Positions 45,085 through 56,508 are shown, counted from the stretch's first letter. The stretch: 64,000 nucleotides of DNA from Candidatus Lloydbacteria bacterium RIFCSPHIGHO2_02_FULL_50_18 (GCA_001821395.1 MHLM01000006.1:1-64000); one strand, 5' to 3'. Program-made: numbers and translations. Notes: generated from the letters alone by a model not told the origin.

Positions 45085-46278
45085 TCAAAAGAACGAGTCG
45101 GGCGAGCGATACTCTTTCGAGAGATCGTGATGTGCCGCTACGTGCTCGTTGGTAACGTATCCGTTATAGGTCTGGAGTCCTTTTCTGAGATCGGTATTAT
45201 CTCGTAATGCGGTATATTCTCCGCCTTTGGAACGCAGACTTTCGGAAACCAAAACAAGGACATACGGCAACGTTGTGTCGGTGAGCGCGAGGGTTGCCTC
45301 AGCGGGAACCGTTGAGCCGGGAATATTCGGAACAGCAGAGAACACGAGCTTGCGCGCGCCGCGGGTGAACGTCTCACCGGGCTTGGTGGGATTTCCCTTT
45401 GTCCACGCAGTTGAACCGCCTTGATCGATCGACACATCCGCGATGTAGCACCCTTGCTTCATGATGCGGAAATGTTTCTGCGTAAGGACGATCGGAGCCT
45501 CTTTCCCTCCGGGAAGCATCGGTCCGGAAATAACGATATCCGCTTCCTTCAGATATTTCCTCACACTCTTGTCATCCAGCATCGTGAGGGGAAAGATCTT
45601 CACTTTTTCTATGCGACCATACTCTTTTTTCAGCTCAAGAATACGCTTCTCCCAAGCCTCAAAGATCACGATTGAACCAACGCCGCATACGGCACGGCAG
45701 AGAGCCGCCTCTCCGACATTTCCTCCGCCGATGATGACGACGGAAAGATCTTGATGATGCTCCGGCTGGTGACGCGCGAGTGCACCGTGCATCGCTTGAG
45801 TTCCTGCGATCTGCGACATGGGCACAAGAAGTGGAAACACCGCTCTGTTGTCTTTCCCAGGCAGAGACACCGTTTCATAGGCAATTGCAGTGATCTTATT
45901 GTCCAACAACGTGCGCGTGAGGTCAATTGCGCCTCCTGCCAAGTGCAGATACGTGAAGAGCGTCCTTCCCGCAAATGAACGTAAGTGCGGATACTCAGAC
46001 TTGATCGGCTCCTTGATCTTCACGACGATATCCGCGTTCTTCCAGATCTCGTCCGAAGTTTCGACGATGATTGCGCCGAGATCTTTGTATGCTTGATCAG
46101 AAAATCCCGACAACACTCCCGCATCATGCTCAACGAGCACTCTCCCGCCCAACTGGGTGACCACCCAAACGCCGGCCGGAGTCATGCCGACCCGACCTTC
46201 TTGAGTTTTCTGTTCCCGAGGAACACCAACGACACATTCAGCCATGACCAGCTCCTTTACAAAGTAATCCTCCATCAA
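45085..46278 (-). CDS. ald: Alanine dehydrogenase / PNT-alpha family NAD(H)-binding protein
   Basis: VGVPREQKTQEGRVGMTP N-terminal signature, Rossmann VIIGGGNVG; terminator downstream. Confidence 0.7.
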   Translation of the reverse strand: MMEDYFVKELVMAECVVGVPREQKTQEGRVGMTPAGVWVVTQLGGRVLVEHDAGVLSGFSDQAYKDLGAIIVETSDEIWKNADIVVKIKEPIKSEYPHLRSFAGRTLFTYLHLAGGAIDLTRTLLDNKITAIAYETVSLPGKDNRAVFPLLVPMSQIAGTQAMHGALARHQPEHHQDLSVVIIGGGNVGEAALCRAVCGVGSIVIFEAWEKRILELKKEYGRIEKVKIFPLTMLDDKSVRKYLKEADIVISGPMLPGGKEAPIVLTQKHFRIMKQGCYIADVSIDQGGSTAWTKGNPTKPGETFTRGARKLVFSAVPNIPGSTVPAEATLALTDTTLPYVLVLVSESLRSKGGEYTALRDNTDLRKGLQTYNGYVTNEHVAAHHDLSKEYRSPDSFF

Positions 46279-46300
46279 TCTAGACCTTCCGAAATAAAAG

Positions 46301-46876
46301 TCAAAGGATCACGCCCCTTTTTAGGAGAATCTGATATGCACCCTCTACTGTTTCCTCAAATTTACCATCAATGTTCAGAACCTCCTCGTCAAATGCGGTC
46401 CGTGAATGCATTTCCTCTTCAGCAACCGTAAGTCTCTTTTGTATTTCTTCATCACCAGTTCCCCGCAAATGCAGACGAACAGAGAGATCTTGCATATCTC
46501 CGGGAGAGAGAAATATCACCAACGCATCGGGCTCAAGTTTTTTTACAATATGACACCCCTCCACATCAAGTGCTCCAAAAACGATCGGATGCTGCTCAAG
46601 GAGGCTATGCACCTGTAACCGTGAACTACCGTAATACCCCGTCGGCCGCTCAACCGCTTCGTAGAATTCCCCTTTTGCCTTTCTTTCGATGAAGTCTTCC
46701 GCTGTCGTGAACTCATAATCGACACCGTGTTTTTCAGTGGGTCGGATCGCACGCGTCGTCGTCGATATGATAACGCCGGTATTTGGGATGCGTTTTCGCA
46801 ATGCATCAATGAGTGTCGTCTTGCCGACACAGGTCGGTCCAACGATAAGAATGATCTGTCCTTTAGTGTTAGTCAT
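46301..46876 (-). CDS. gmk: Guanylate kinase
   Basis: IILIVGPTCVGKTTL P-loop and family length. Confidence 0.85.
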   Translation of the reverse strand: MTNTKGQIILIVGPTCVGKTTLIDALRKRIPNTGVIISTTTRAIRPTEKHGVDYEFTTAEDFIERKAKGEFYEAVERPTGYYGSSRLQVHSLLEQHPIVFGALDVEGCHIVKKLEPDALVIFLSPGDMQDLSVRLHLRGTGDEEIQKRLTVAEEEMHSRTAFDEEVLNIDGKFEETVEGAYQILLKRGVIL

Positions 46877-47225
46877 GTATGTTTAATATAACACAATGAG
46901 TTATCCACAGTTTGTCCTTGACCTTGATAAAGGACACCGATATACTTGTCCCAGACGCGATTGCAGTAATATCCTCTTTTTTAAAGGACTACTGCACAAG
47001 CAGTAGTTCTTTACACAATCCAAAAAGTTTTCCTCCAACAAAGACCTCCGAGATCTCCAGCTCGGGGGTCAATTTTTATAAAAAAAGCTCATTTCATGGG
47101 CTTTTTTTATTCCTCGGTGAAGAAAACACAAGATTCTTCACCATTTGAGATGCCTCTCGTTCTTGTCTCGCAAAATGCTTCCTCACCCTTCCGGACCTTG
47201 AATAAGCCAATCTAGACCTCAGATG

Positions 47226-47975
47226 CTAGGCATTCAGGAAATACTGCTCAAGCAGCGTATCAAGATCACCTTCGCCGTGATGCGCCTTGTGATACATATC
47301 CTTAAGTTCGCGGAGGCGATCTTCAAGCTCGTGACCGAGATATTTCTTCGAGTTGGTCAGATAGCGCTGATAGTTATATGGACTCACCCCGGCCTTTATG
47401 GCCTCATCTTTGTCGCAATGCGCGCAGAGATAGAGCAGTTTCGTCGCCCAAAATATGGTCCCATGAATCTCTTCCGCCGCCGCCCCACGTGACTTTGCAC
47501 GTACAAACTCCACCCAAGCAGTCTTCTTATCCCGCGCGGCGATGGCATCAGCGATCACAAAATTATTCTCAATTTTAGCCTTTTTAATCAGTGGAAAATC
47601 GTGAACTGTTCCGACCTTCTGAAAAAGTTTTAACATATCCTTATTTGGAGCCGTTTCACGGATAAAGAGGTGATTGGGAGTCGCAGCTATCTCTTCAGAA
47701 TAAAATGACTCAGCCTCTTTTGAGCCCGATATCCCATCAAAAACGATCATATTTTTCTCTCCAAAGAGATTTTGCGCAAAAATAGCCTCACGTGCGGCCA
47801 TTGGATCAAAACTCACATCGGAAAAGCGTGATACTCCGACGGATGGATCATCCGATATTGTAGCATCTACGGCCTTGCGTAAGGCTTTTCTGGCGGATTG
47901 AGTATCTTCTCCGATGAATATGTCGATCATAGGTAGGTACATTTTATCATGCCGGCACGAAGAGACCGAATGCAC
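47226..47975 (-). CDS. Hypothetical protein; possibly a short DNA polymerase III delta (HolA)-like protein
   Basis: MIDIFIGEDT N-terminus resembles HolA; shorter than usual. Confidence 0.35.
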   Translation of the reverse strand: MHSVSSCRHDKMYLPMIDIFIGEDTQSARKALRKAVDATISDDPSVGVSRFSDVSFDPMAAREAIFAQNLFGEKNMIVFDGISGSKEAESFYSEEIAATPNHLFIRETAPNKDMLKLFQKVGTVHDFPLIKKAKIENNFVIADAIAARDKKTAWVEFVRAKSRGAAAEEIHGTIFWATKLLYLCAHCDKDEAIKAGVSPYNYQRYLTNSKKYLGHELEDRLRELKDMYHKAHHGEGDLDTLLEQYFLNA

Positions 47976-48008
47976 AGCTTCCGGTGATTCATATTGGAGT
48001 TCTTCCTA

Positions 48009-50522
48009 TTATTTTAGACTTCCCCAGCGTTTTCCATGCTTGCTGTCCACGACAAGCGGGACATTTGCACCGCGGGTACCTACATTGACCGATGTCATGG
48101 CCTTTTTGATCACTTCCGTTACCGTTGTAATGGTTTCCGGGTCATCGCGCACTTCAAGAATGAGTTCATCATGAACCTGAAGGATCAGTGCCGCATCATT
48201 ATCCAGATGCTTATCTTTCAGCGCATTATCGGCCTTCTGCATTGCGATCTTAAAAAAGTCCGCCGCAGTCCCCTGAAGAGGTGCATTCATTGCCATACGT
48301 TCCGCCATCGCTTTCATAAACGGAATACGTGAGCGAAGGTTCGGAAAATACCGACGTCTTCCAAAGAGCGTTTCCGTATAGCCCTTTTTTGTTGCTTCAA
48401 CTTTTACGTTATCAAAATATGCGGCGATCTTTGGAAATGCGATAAAATACTGATCATAGAACTGTTGTGCTTCCTCACGCGTTGCGCCGAGATTCTGTTT
48501 GAGTGCATTCACTCCCATCCCATAGATGATACCGAAGTTGATGACCTTTGCGCGACGGCGCATTTCTTTTGTCACTTCTTCGGGCTTCATACGGAAAACA
48601 CGTGACGCAACCGATGTATGGATATCCGCGCCCGATCGAAATATTTCTGCCAACCCCGGATCTTCGGAGAGCATCGCGAGCACGCGCATTTCGATCTGTG
48701 AATAATCAAACGACATGAGCACGGATCCCAGAGGGGCAATAAATGCGTCGCGCACGACCGCACCCAAGCCCTCACGAACGGGGATGTTTTGGACATTCGG
48801 ATTGGATGAGGAAAATCTTCCGGTTGTCGTACCATCTTGATGCAGCGTCGAATGAAGCCGGCTGTGCTCATCAACCATGAGTGGAATATTGTCGATATAG
48901 GTCGAAAGGAGTTTTTGGACTTCCCGATATGCAAGGATGGAAGCAATGATCGGATGTACGTCCCGAAGCTTCTCCAGCTCTGACTCGCGCGTTGAGCGCG
49001 CCCCACCCGCGGTCTTCTTCAGACCCTTCACCGCAAGCCCCATGTGGTCAAAAAGAACGACCCCGAGCTGTTTTGGCGAATTCATATTGAATTCTTCCCC
49101 CGCAAGACGATATATCTCTTTTTCCGACTTATCGAGCTGTGCATGATAATCAAGCGAGAGCTTTTTCAGATACGCAACATCAATGAGCACGCCCTTTTTT
49201 TCTGCACGGAGAATGAGTGGAATGAGTGGAAGCTCAATATCCTCATACAGATGCAGGAGCCCCTGTGCCGCAAGCTCTCCTATGATCTTCTGATGCGCAA
49301 GAGATAGATCATGCTCTCCTGTGTGATCGACGATCTCCTCTATGCCGGGCGTGGTTAGATCTGAATTGAGCAACCATAAGCCTATCGCGGTCTTTCTGAG
49401 TAACACTTGATCAACGTCTCCCCCATCCTTCTTCTCCTTACCCCCCGTAATTTTTTTTTGTTTTGTCTCATCGCTCTTCTCTACACTATCATTAAGCGAT
49501 CTCACGCGAGCGCCGAGGTTTTTAAATTCAAGCTGATTAAAGAGCGTAATGGCCTTATCAACAGTGAATGTTTCTTTCCATGTTTTCTCCGGCAGTGTGT
49601 AGGTAATTGGCGCATCCCTCCGTATCGTCCCAAGCATTTTTGAAAAAAGCGCATCTTCCTCACCCGCAATGAGCAGCTCGACCATGCGTGGTGAAATTCC
49701 CGCTTCGGTGAGTTTCTCTTTCCCCTTTTTCAACGCCGCATATATTCCTTCTATCGTGCCAAATTTTTGGATCAATGTGCTTCCGGTCTTTTCTCCGATG
49801 CCTGCGATACCAATGATATTGTCGGACGGATCACCGCGCAGACCCTTATAGTCAGGCAGCTGTAACGGACCAAAGCCAAATCGCTCGTTCACCTTATCCT
49901 CATCGTAAACAATCGTATCATTAATGCCTTTCCGCAGGGTGTACACTCGTACGCGTTTTTTTGATACGAGCTGAAGCGTGTCCATATCTCCGGTCACGAT
50001 AAGAATTTCAAGATCCTTCTCTTTCTTTAGCTGCTCCACGATCGTCCCGAGCATGTCATCAGCCTCAAACCCCGGCGTATCGTAAATCGGAATATGAAAT
50101 GCGGAAAAGATGTCGCGACTTCGATTGAGCTGCTGTTTCAGCTCTTCATCCGCCTTTGCGCGTCCCGCCTTATAGTCTTTATATTCTTTATGACGGAACG
50201 TCGGACCGGGGAGATCGTAGCAGGCCGCCATATAGTCAGGCTGAAATTCCTGGATCGAACGCAGGAGCATCGTCGAAAGACCATACAGGCCTCCTGTTGG
50301 CTCTCCTGCCTTTGTCGCGAACTCGGGAAGTGCATGATACGCACGATGCACGATCGCGTGTGCATCAAAGAGGACGAGTCGTTTTGCATGGGTTTTTGCA
50401 ACCATGTGGATATCATACCAGTTCGTTGATGTTTTCCACTCTCGCCCATACCAATATTGTTCATATTTGGCAAAAAACTGAGAAAGAAGATTGTGATCTC
50501 CATTAAGCATAACGAAACACAC
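48009..50522 (-). CDS. polA: DNA polymerase I
   Basis: 837 aa; 5'-3' exonuclease N-terminus; pol motifs RRRAKVINFGIIYGMG and QVHDELILE. Confidence 0.9.
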   Translation of the reverse strand: MCFVMLNGDHNLLSQFFAKYEQYWYGREWKTSTNWYDIHMVAKTHAKRLVLFDAHAIVHRAYHALPEFATKAGEPTGGLYGLSTMLLRSIQEFQPDYMAACYDLPGPTFRHKEYKDYKAGRAKADEELKQQLNRSRDIFSAFHIPIYDTPGFEADDMLGTIVEQLKKEKDLEILIVTGDMDTLQLVSKKRVRVYTLRKGINDTIVYDEDKVNERFGFGPLQLPDYKGLRGDPSDNIIGIAGIGEKTGSTLIQKFGTIEGIYAALKKGKEKLTEAGISPRMVELLIAGEEDALFSKMLGTIRRDAPITYTLPEKTWKETFTVDKAITLFNQLEFKNLGARVRSLNDSVEKSDETKQKKITGGKEKKDGGDVDQVLLRKTAIGLWLLNSDLTTPGIEEIVDHTGEHDLSLAHQKIIGELAAQGLLHLYEDIELPLIPLILRAEKKGVLIDVAYLKKLSLDYHAQLDKSEKEIYRLAGEEFNMNSPKQLGVVLFDHMGLAVKGLKKTAGGARSTRESELEKLRDVHPIIASILAYREVQKLLSTYIDNIPLMVDEHSRLHSTLHQDGTTTGRFSSSNPNVQNIPVREGLGAVVRDAFIAPLGSVLMSFDYSQIEMRVLAMLSEDPGLAEIFRSGADIHTSVASRVFRMKPEEVTKEMRRRAKVINFGIIYGMGVNALKQNLGATREEAQQFYDQYFIAFPKIAAYFDNVKVEATKKGYTETLFGRRRYFPNLRSRIPFMKAMAERMAMNAPLQGTAADFFKIAMQKADNALKDKHLDNDAALILQVHDELILEVRDDPETITTVTEVIKKAMTSVNVGTRGANVPLVVDSKHGKRWGSLK

Positions 50523-50600
50523 GCAAAAAGCGGGGGTCTTTCACTTCGTCTATTAACGGTTCATTCCAATGACTTCATCCTCGACTCTCCAACGAACTCA

Positions 50601-50653
50601 TCCTATATTTTTCAACATATTTTCACCGTTTTTTGTCAAGGTTTAACCTTGAC
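50601..50653 (+). repeat. REP-like element copy 3 (solitary)
   Basis: CCTATATTTTTCAACATATTTTCACCGTTTTTTGTCAAGGTTTAACCTTGACA, near-identical to copy 1. Confidence 0.75.
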
Positions 50654-50683
50654 AAAAAACGTCGATGGAGGAGCGGGGGGTGT

Positions 50684-50917
50684 TTAATCTTTATCCTCAC
50701 CCCATCCTGATCCAAACTCATAATTAAGCAGCGTGCGCGCCTCATCCACGTCCTCTTCTCGAAGCGCAAAAAGGTCGAAACCAAAGGCCTCTCCACTCGT
50801 TTCAGATCTCGCTCCTTCACGATTGCGAATGAAGCTCTTGATCCCATGCGTGATCAAGAACTGGCGTGTATCTCGCGCCTGATCCGCCTCGCGAAAGAAT
50901 TTGATCCGCGTACTCAT
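50684..50917 (-). CDS. Small hypothetical protein (DUF2007-like?)
   Basis: 77 aa; 4-bp overlap with tsaE. Confidence 0.35.
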   Translation of the reverse strand: MSTRIKFFREADQARDTRQFLITHGIKSFIRNREGARSETSGEAFGFDLFALREEDVDEARTLLNYEFGSGWGEDKD

Positions 50918-51378
50918 ATATTTCCTTTTTTATCATAAATGCGCCGCACTGTCTCACTGATTACCTGAAAAAAAAGAATTGCTCCATATGAAGGAAAGCT
51001 CTTCCCGATCATCTCCGGCCATTCAACAAGAAGAAGATTCGTCGGCTCTGCAAGCAACGCGCTCCATCCGATCGGACCAAGCTCATCCTCGGATCCGATA
51101 CGATACGCATCCACATGCACGAGCCGACGAAATTGCGCAGTATTTGGAATGTCATAAAATCGCGCAATCACAAATGTGGGTGAGGGAACGGATTCACGAA
51201 TACCGAGCGCACGTGCAAACGATTGTGTAAATGCTGTTTTCCCGGCTCCCAACTCACCGGAAAGACCGAGTACGGTCGCATGAGTAGCATGAGCATCTTT
51301 CGTCTCACGAAGCATTTGTTCAAGTATCGCTGCTGCAACACCGTCCATCTCGATCTTATTGTTGATGATCTTTTCCAT
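50914..51378 (-). CDS. tsaE: tRNA t6A biosynthesis ATPase TsaE (YjeE)
   Basis: GELGAGKTAFTQ P-loop in a 154-aa protein. Confidence 0.85.
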   Translation of the reverse strand: MEKIINNKIEMDGVAAAILEQMLRETKDAHATHATVLGLSGELGAGKTAFTQSFARALGIRESVPSPTFVIARFYDIPNTAQFRRLVHVDAYRIGSEDELGPIGWSALLAEPTNLLLVEWPEMIGKSFPSYGAILFFQVISETVRRIYDKKGNI

Positions 51379-51439
51379 CGTGATGTCATTCTCTCACAAA
51401 AAAGCACCACATGGTGCTTTTTTGTTTTGTTTTCTTCAT

Positions 51440-53113
51440 TTAACGGGGTGTCCCGCCCACCGAAGGAAGCATTCGCGCAAGCCGCGAACCGTCTTCCTCC
51501 TGCTCCATCGCCTCGATCGAGGCTTTCTTCTGTCGGTAATATGCTATTCCTTTTCGGACCCCAATGATCGCAAGCACAACAAATATGAGGTAGAGGATCC
51601 AGCCAACAAACGAACTGGGGAGCATACCGTTTCCCGCTCCCGCAGTGTTTGCTCTTGCTCCCGTACTTCCTTTTGCGCCGGCTAGGGCGGTGCCGCCCGA
51701 CGATACGACACGCGTCGCACCCATCTGCTGAAATTCCAATCGTGCACGCGCATCAGGAAAACCTTTTGCACTTCCCGTTGTCATACCAAGAATGCTCAAC
51801 ACTCTCGTTCCACCTTTTTCAAGACGCCCAATCGGAAGAACGTACGTACGCTCTCCTCCTGATCCATCTTCAAGCAAGAGCTCATTGTTCGTATTATCAC
51901 CGATATACACAACGTCAAACGGAATGATGATCTTCAATTTCGCACCGGTTGCAACGGATGATTCCCCGTATTGATAGGTGATACGATACTCCACCGGAGT
52001 ATGGATCGAGACATTGGTGGGTCCGATCTTTTCTATCTGCACCGCGGTCTTCTTATCGCTCCCCATAAGTGCATTCCAAAATGCGCCGAGTGGTCCGCCT
52101 GCCGTGGCGACACTCGCGACTTGCGCGCTGGGATCATTGACCATGCTGGTATTCACGGAGTCTGCGGTGTCAGATTGAGGAGTGGCCGTTGTTGTTTTTT
52201 TCCGAAAAAGTGAAGCGAGGAGATCGCCGGCAAAGTTCTGCGAAGTAATCCCGCCCGCGGCCACTGATGACCCCTGATTCGTTGCAAGATAGACCCCGCT
52301 TGACGACGTCGTGCGGGCAACACCGTCGCCACCCACTGTCGCAGGCGGAATTGCTTGAGAAACTTGCGCTTCGGGTGGCGGAGGAGGAGTGCCTGCAGTA
52401 TTCAATATGCGGATTGCACCATAGGTACGCCCTGCGGAATTTTCCGCAACGATCCGATAAAAATATGTCGTTCCGGGAGTCAGGCTCGAGAGAGCGCTCT
52501 CAAAGAAATTTGCGTTCGACGAGACGCCCACTTTAGACGTTTGGCCTTCAAGGCGCTGGGACGTACCCCAATCAAACCATGCCTTTGTCGTAGTGTCCCC
52601 ATGCGGGCTCACGTACCCCCGAAGCGTCACCGTCGTTTCACCGACGGCGCTTGGAGAGTCCGTCTCTGCAATCACCAGCGGCGGGACACCAATGACGAGT
52701 ACCTTTGTGGTGAAATACAATGTTTGACCGACATCCTTACCGCGTCCGTTCTCTACGATCTGACGGTAAAAATATTGTGTACTCGGCGCGAGCCCAACGA
52801 TGTCCGCACTTGTGTCAGTAAGCGTGTTTCCATACCAACTCGACACCGACTGATGCGTGGTCTCGTAGACGACCCCGGGTCGGCCGGAAATTCCCCACTC
52901 AAACCAGGCATAGGCATCGGGCATTTCACTAGGATTCGCCTGACCATTCAGCTTTGCGCTCTTTTCCGTGATGAATAATGCCTGCTTTGAGATCGCGATC
53001 GGTGCGGCCTGATATGCAAAGACCGTCACCGGGGAGATGATGAGCAGTAGCGGCATCACAAAAAGGGAGACCGATAAATAATTCGATGTCTTTTTCATTC
53101 GCCCATTATACAC
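51440..53113 (-). CDS. Surface-anchored protein with Fn3-like repeats, a Pro-rich linker and a C-terminal TM anchor
   Basis: Signal peptide; two repeated ..WFEWG..YFYR.. Fn3-like modules; PPPPP linker; C-terminal hydrophobic helix then a cytoplasmic tail. Confidence 0.55.
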   Translation of the reverse strand: MYNGRMKKTSNYLSVSLFVMPLLLIISPVTVFAYQAAPIAISKQALFITEKSAKLNGQANPSEMPDAYAWFEWGISGRPGVVYETTHQSVSSWYGNTLTDTSADIVGLAPSTQYFYRQIVENGRGKDVGQTLYFTTKVLVIGVPPLVIAETDSPSAVGETTVTLRGYVSPHGDTTTKAWFDWGTSQRLEGQTSKVGVSSNANFFESALSSLTPGTTYFYRIVAENSAGRTYGAIRILNTAGTPPPPPEAQVSQAIPPATVGGDGVARTTSSSGVYLATNQGSSVAAGGITSQNFAGDLLASLFRKKTTTATPQSDTADSVNTSMVNDPSAQVASVATAGGPLGAFWNALMGSDKKTAVQIEKIGPTNVSIHTPVEYRITYQYGESSVATGAKLKIIIPFDVVYIGDNTNNELLLEDGSGGERTYVLPIGRLEKGGTRVLSILGMTTGSAKGFPDARARLEFQQMGATRVVSSGGTALAGAKGSTGARANTAGAGNGMLPSSFVGWILYLIFVVLAIIGVRKGIAYYRQKKASIEAMEQEEDGSRLARMLPSVGGTPR

Positions 53114-53184
53114 TATTTATATTTTTTGTCAAACATTAATATAACTTCTTGTTGAGCCATCGCAGAGGGAGTACAATATGATTT

Positions 53185-54864
53185 ATGCCCCATTTTCAAG
53201 ACGAAAAACAAACAAAGGTGTTCAGCGATATGCGCGAAAAGGAAGCAGAAGACCTTGCGCAGATCCTTGCAGCACGATATGAGCTTCCCTACGTTGACCT
53301 TTCACGGGTCATCATCAACAACAACGCCGCACGTCTTATACCGGAAGAAACGGCACGCAAGGCAAAGCTCATCGTGTACTCGGTCGACATGAAAAATGTC
53401 AGTATTGCGATACAGACTCCGCACATAGAGGGCGTCAACCAGGTCGTCACAGAGCTCACTCGACAAGGTTATAATCCTACCATATTGATCGCATCGGAAT
53501 ACGGGATCGCTCGCGCATGGGAGGTCTACAAAGAGGTCTCGCACGCGATCGCCTCGACCGCAGGAGTGATGTCAGTATCGAACGAAACAATGCAGAAATA
53601 TGTCTCAATGATCAAGACCATCGCGGACGTGAAGGCGGTCGTTGATGAAGCGATCGGCTCGGGTGATGTGCACTCACTTTCTACGGTCGTGGAGATCATC
53701 TTGGGCGGTGCAGTTGCGACAAGCGTCTCCGATGTGCATATCGAACCGGAGAAGGAAACGGTCCGCGTGCGTTATCGTCTCGATGGAGTCCTCCAGGATG
53801 TCGTTGAGATCACACACGTCGGCTATAAAAAAGTACTCGCGCGCATTAAGCTGCTGGCGGGAATGAAGCTCAATGTCACCCACGAAGCCCAAGACGGACG
53901 GTTCACGATCAAGATCAACGACATCGATGTTGAGGTGCGTACCTCGGTACTCCCGGCCGCATATGCGGAATCGGTAGTGATGCGTATTTTGAATCCGAAA
54001 TCCATTTCCGTTCCGCTTGAGGAACTCGGTATGGATGAATACTTTTATAAGATCATGACGGAGCAGATTGGAAAACCGAACGGACTCATTCTTACGACCG
54101 GGCCGACCGGATCAGGAAAAACAACGACACTCTACGCCTGTCTAAAAAAATTACGTAGCCCGCAAATAAAGATCATCACCATTGAGGACCCTATCGAATA
54201 CCACCTTGACGGCATCTCGCAAACACAGATCGATCACGAAAAAGGTTACGACTTCTCTCATGGGCTCCGCGCAGCGGTGCGCCAAGACCCCGATGTCATC
54301 ATGGTCGGTGAAATTCGAGACGAAGAAACAGCTTCCGTTGCGATCGACTCTGCGCTCACCGGTCACTTGGTCTTTTCAACACTCCATACCAATAATGCCG
54401 CCGGCGCTATTCCTCGACTCATCGATATCGGTGTGAATCCGAAGATCATCAGTTCCGCGCTCAACATCGCAATCGGTCAACGACTCGTGCGCAGACTCTG
54501 CACGCAGTGCAAAGAAGAATATGTTCCCGTAGGGAAAGAGATAGAGCTGCTCATGCGCGAATTACCGGAGATAAAAAAATATCGTCCGAACATAGAATTT
54601 CCCGAACACCTTTGGCGACCCGCCGGATGTGAAAAATGTTCGTTCACCGGTTATAAAGGCCGCATCTCTATTTACGAGGGTATCCTCATGGATAGAAACA
54701 TTGAGGAGATCCTTCGAGAGAACCCGAGCGAGCGCGAGATCAAAGAAGCCTCAAAATCGCAAGGGCTCCTGGATATGCGCCAAGACGGGATCATCAAGTG
54801 CATCAAAGGAATAACTTCAATCGCCGAAATCGAGCGGTCTGTCGGACTCGAAGAATCACGCTAA
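53185..54864 (+). CDS. pilB: Type II secretion / type IV pilus assembly ATPase (GspE/PilB family)
   Basis: LILTTGPTGSGKTTTLYA Walker A and a C-terminal tetracysteine motif. Confidence 0.85.
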   Translation: MPHFQDEKQTKVFSDMREKEAEDLAQILAARYELPYVDLSRVIINNNAARLIPEETARKAKLIVYSVDMKNVSIAIQTPHIEGVNQVVTELTRQGYNPTILIASEYGIARAWEVYKEVSHAIASTAGVMSVSNETMQKYVSMIKTIADVKAVVDEAIGSGDVHSLSTVVEIILGGAVATSVSDVHIEPEKETVRVRYRLDGVLQDVVEITHVGYKKVLARIKLLAGMKLNVTHEAQDGRFTIKINDIDVEVRTSVLPAAYAESVVMRILNPKSISVPLEELGMDEYFYKIMTEQIGKPNGLILTTGPTGSGKTTTLYACLKKLRSPQIKIITIEDPIEYHLDGISQTQIDHEKGYDFSHGLRAAVRQDPDVIMVGEIRDEETASVAIDSALTGHLVFSTLHTNNAAGAIPRLIDIGVNPKIISSALNIAIGQRLVRRLCTQCKEEYVPVGKEIELLMRELPEIKKYRPNIEFPEHLWRPAGCEKCSFTGYKGRISIYEGILMDRNIEEILRENPSEREIKEASKSQGLLDMRQDGIIKCIKGITSIAEIERSVGLEESR

Positions 54865-55470
54865 GGTAATTTTGACGCACTACTTGTTATTTTTTTGCTC
54901 GGTCTTGGGGCAGTATCACTCATACAGCCCCTGCAACACTGCGCCAAAAATAACTTCGTATTGCATTCAAAATAATCTCAGCGAAACATATCGAAATACA
55001 AAACAACCGCGTTAAGCGGTTATTTCATCATCTCATTATCTTGCCGAAAGCGCAGTGAAGAAGTGCCGGAAACTATTGAGCACATTACCCTTCAAATAAC
55101 TACTTTAATCAAAGTTGAAAAAAGTTAAAGGTATTCCTAAGGAGATCGCCAGCACGTACGCACGGGGCGACAACCAGTGAATCCTCGGATATACATCATG
55201 GAAGCCTGTGGGGCCTTAATTATTTGAAGGGTGACATGTTCAAGAGCAGAACCTCTGCCACCGAAGCGAGTGAGAAGATCAGTACAGATGCATAATATCA
55301 CAGATAATATCTTTTGTCAAGAGATTACCGTGTAGACATGAAAACTCAATCTTTTTGGGGAAGAGTCTTACTTATGGCATACTGAGAAGGAAATTGGCCG
55401 AAGGTATTCCGAAGCGTTTTTTCGAGCCACCAATTTCTGTACTAAAGGCAGCATAGCACAACCATTTTTT

Positions 55471-56484
55471 ATGTCAAGCGATATTTCCCCTCAACACAAA
55501 GAAGCATTATTTTTGGACCAAAAACTCCGCCCCGAACGGTGGGAAGATTACATCGGGCAAAGCCATATCAAGCAGAATCTGGAAATCCTTCTCGCTGCAG
55601 CAAAAGAGCGCGCGCACCCTCCCGAGCACCTGCTCTTTTACGGGCCTCCGGGCTTGGGAAAAACGACGCTTGCGCACTTGATCGCAAAAGAAACTCAGTC
55701 ACAGATGAAAAGCACTTCCGGCCCGGCGATCGAGAAGGTCGGTGACCTCGCGTCCATTCTTACAAACCTCAATCCGGGTGATATTTTATTCATCGATGAG
55801 ATCCATCGTCTAAATAAAATGGTTGAAGAGGTACTCTACCCCGCGATGGAATCAGGAATCCTCGACATCATCATCGGCAAGGGTCCTTCGGCACGGACAA
55901 TCCAGCTTGAGCTTCCTCCTTTTACACTGATCGCCGCCACCACGCGTATTGCTCTTCTCTCGGCACCCTTGCGTTCACGTTTTTCCGGAGGGGTATTTCG
56001 TCTCGAATTCTACACGGAAGCGGAGATCGAGGAGATCGTCTCCCGCTCCGCTCTCATACTCGGGGTACCGCTCGCAAGCGGTGCGGGTCATGAGATCGCA
56101 ATGCGCAGTCGATTCACTCCCCGTACGGCGAATTATTTCTTAAAACGTGCACGTGATTTCGCCCAAGTGAGCAAAACCTCACTGAATGAACTAGCGGTCA
56201 AAGAAGCACTTCGACTTCTTGAGATCGATGAGATAGGACTCGGGCAACCCGATCGACACATGCTCACCATTCTTATCGAAAAATTTGGCGGTCGTCCGGT
56301 CGGGCTTGGCACTATCGCCGCCGCGACAAGTGAAGAAGCCGCAACCATCGAAGAAGTCTACGAACCCTATCTCCTCAAGCTCGGACTGCTCGAACGCACT
56401 CCCCGCGGACGAATACCGACAAAGAGGGCATATGAACATCTCGGGTTTGATTATCCGGAGGCCCTGCAGGAAAAATTATTATAA
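55471..56484 (+). CDS. ruvB: Holliday junction ATP-dependent helicase RuvB
   Basis: [19 protein letters not shown] Walker A and DEIHRL. Confidence 0.9.
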   Translation: MSSDISPQHKEALFLDQKLRPERWEDYIGQSHIKQNLEILLAAAKERAHPPEHLLFYGPPGLGKTTLAHLIAKETQSQMKSTSGPAIEKVGDLASILTNLNPGDILFIDEIHRLNKMVEEVLYPAMESGILDIIIGKGPSARTIQLELPPFTLIAATTRIALLSAPLRSRFSGGVFRLEFYTEAEIEEIVSRSALILGVPLASGAGHEIAMRSRFTPRTANYFLKRARDFAQVSKTSLNELAVKEALRLLEIDEIGLGQPDRHMLTILIEKFGGRPVGLGTIAAATSEEAATIEEVYEPYLLKLGLLERTPRGRIPTKRAYEHLGFDYPEALQEKLL

Positions 56485-56508
56485 TTATTTATTTTAATCA
56501 ACACATAT

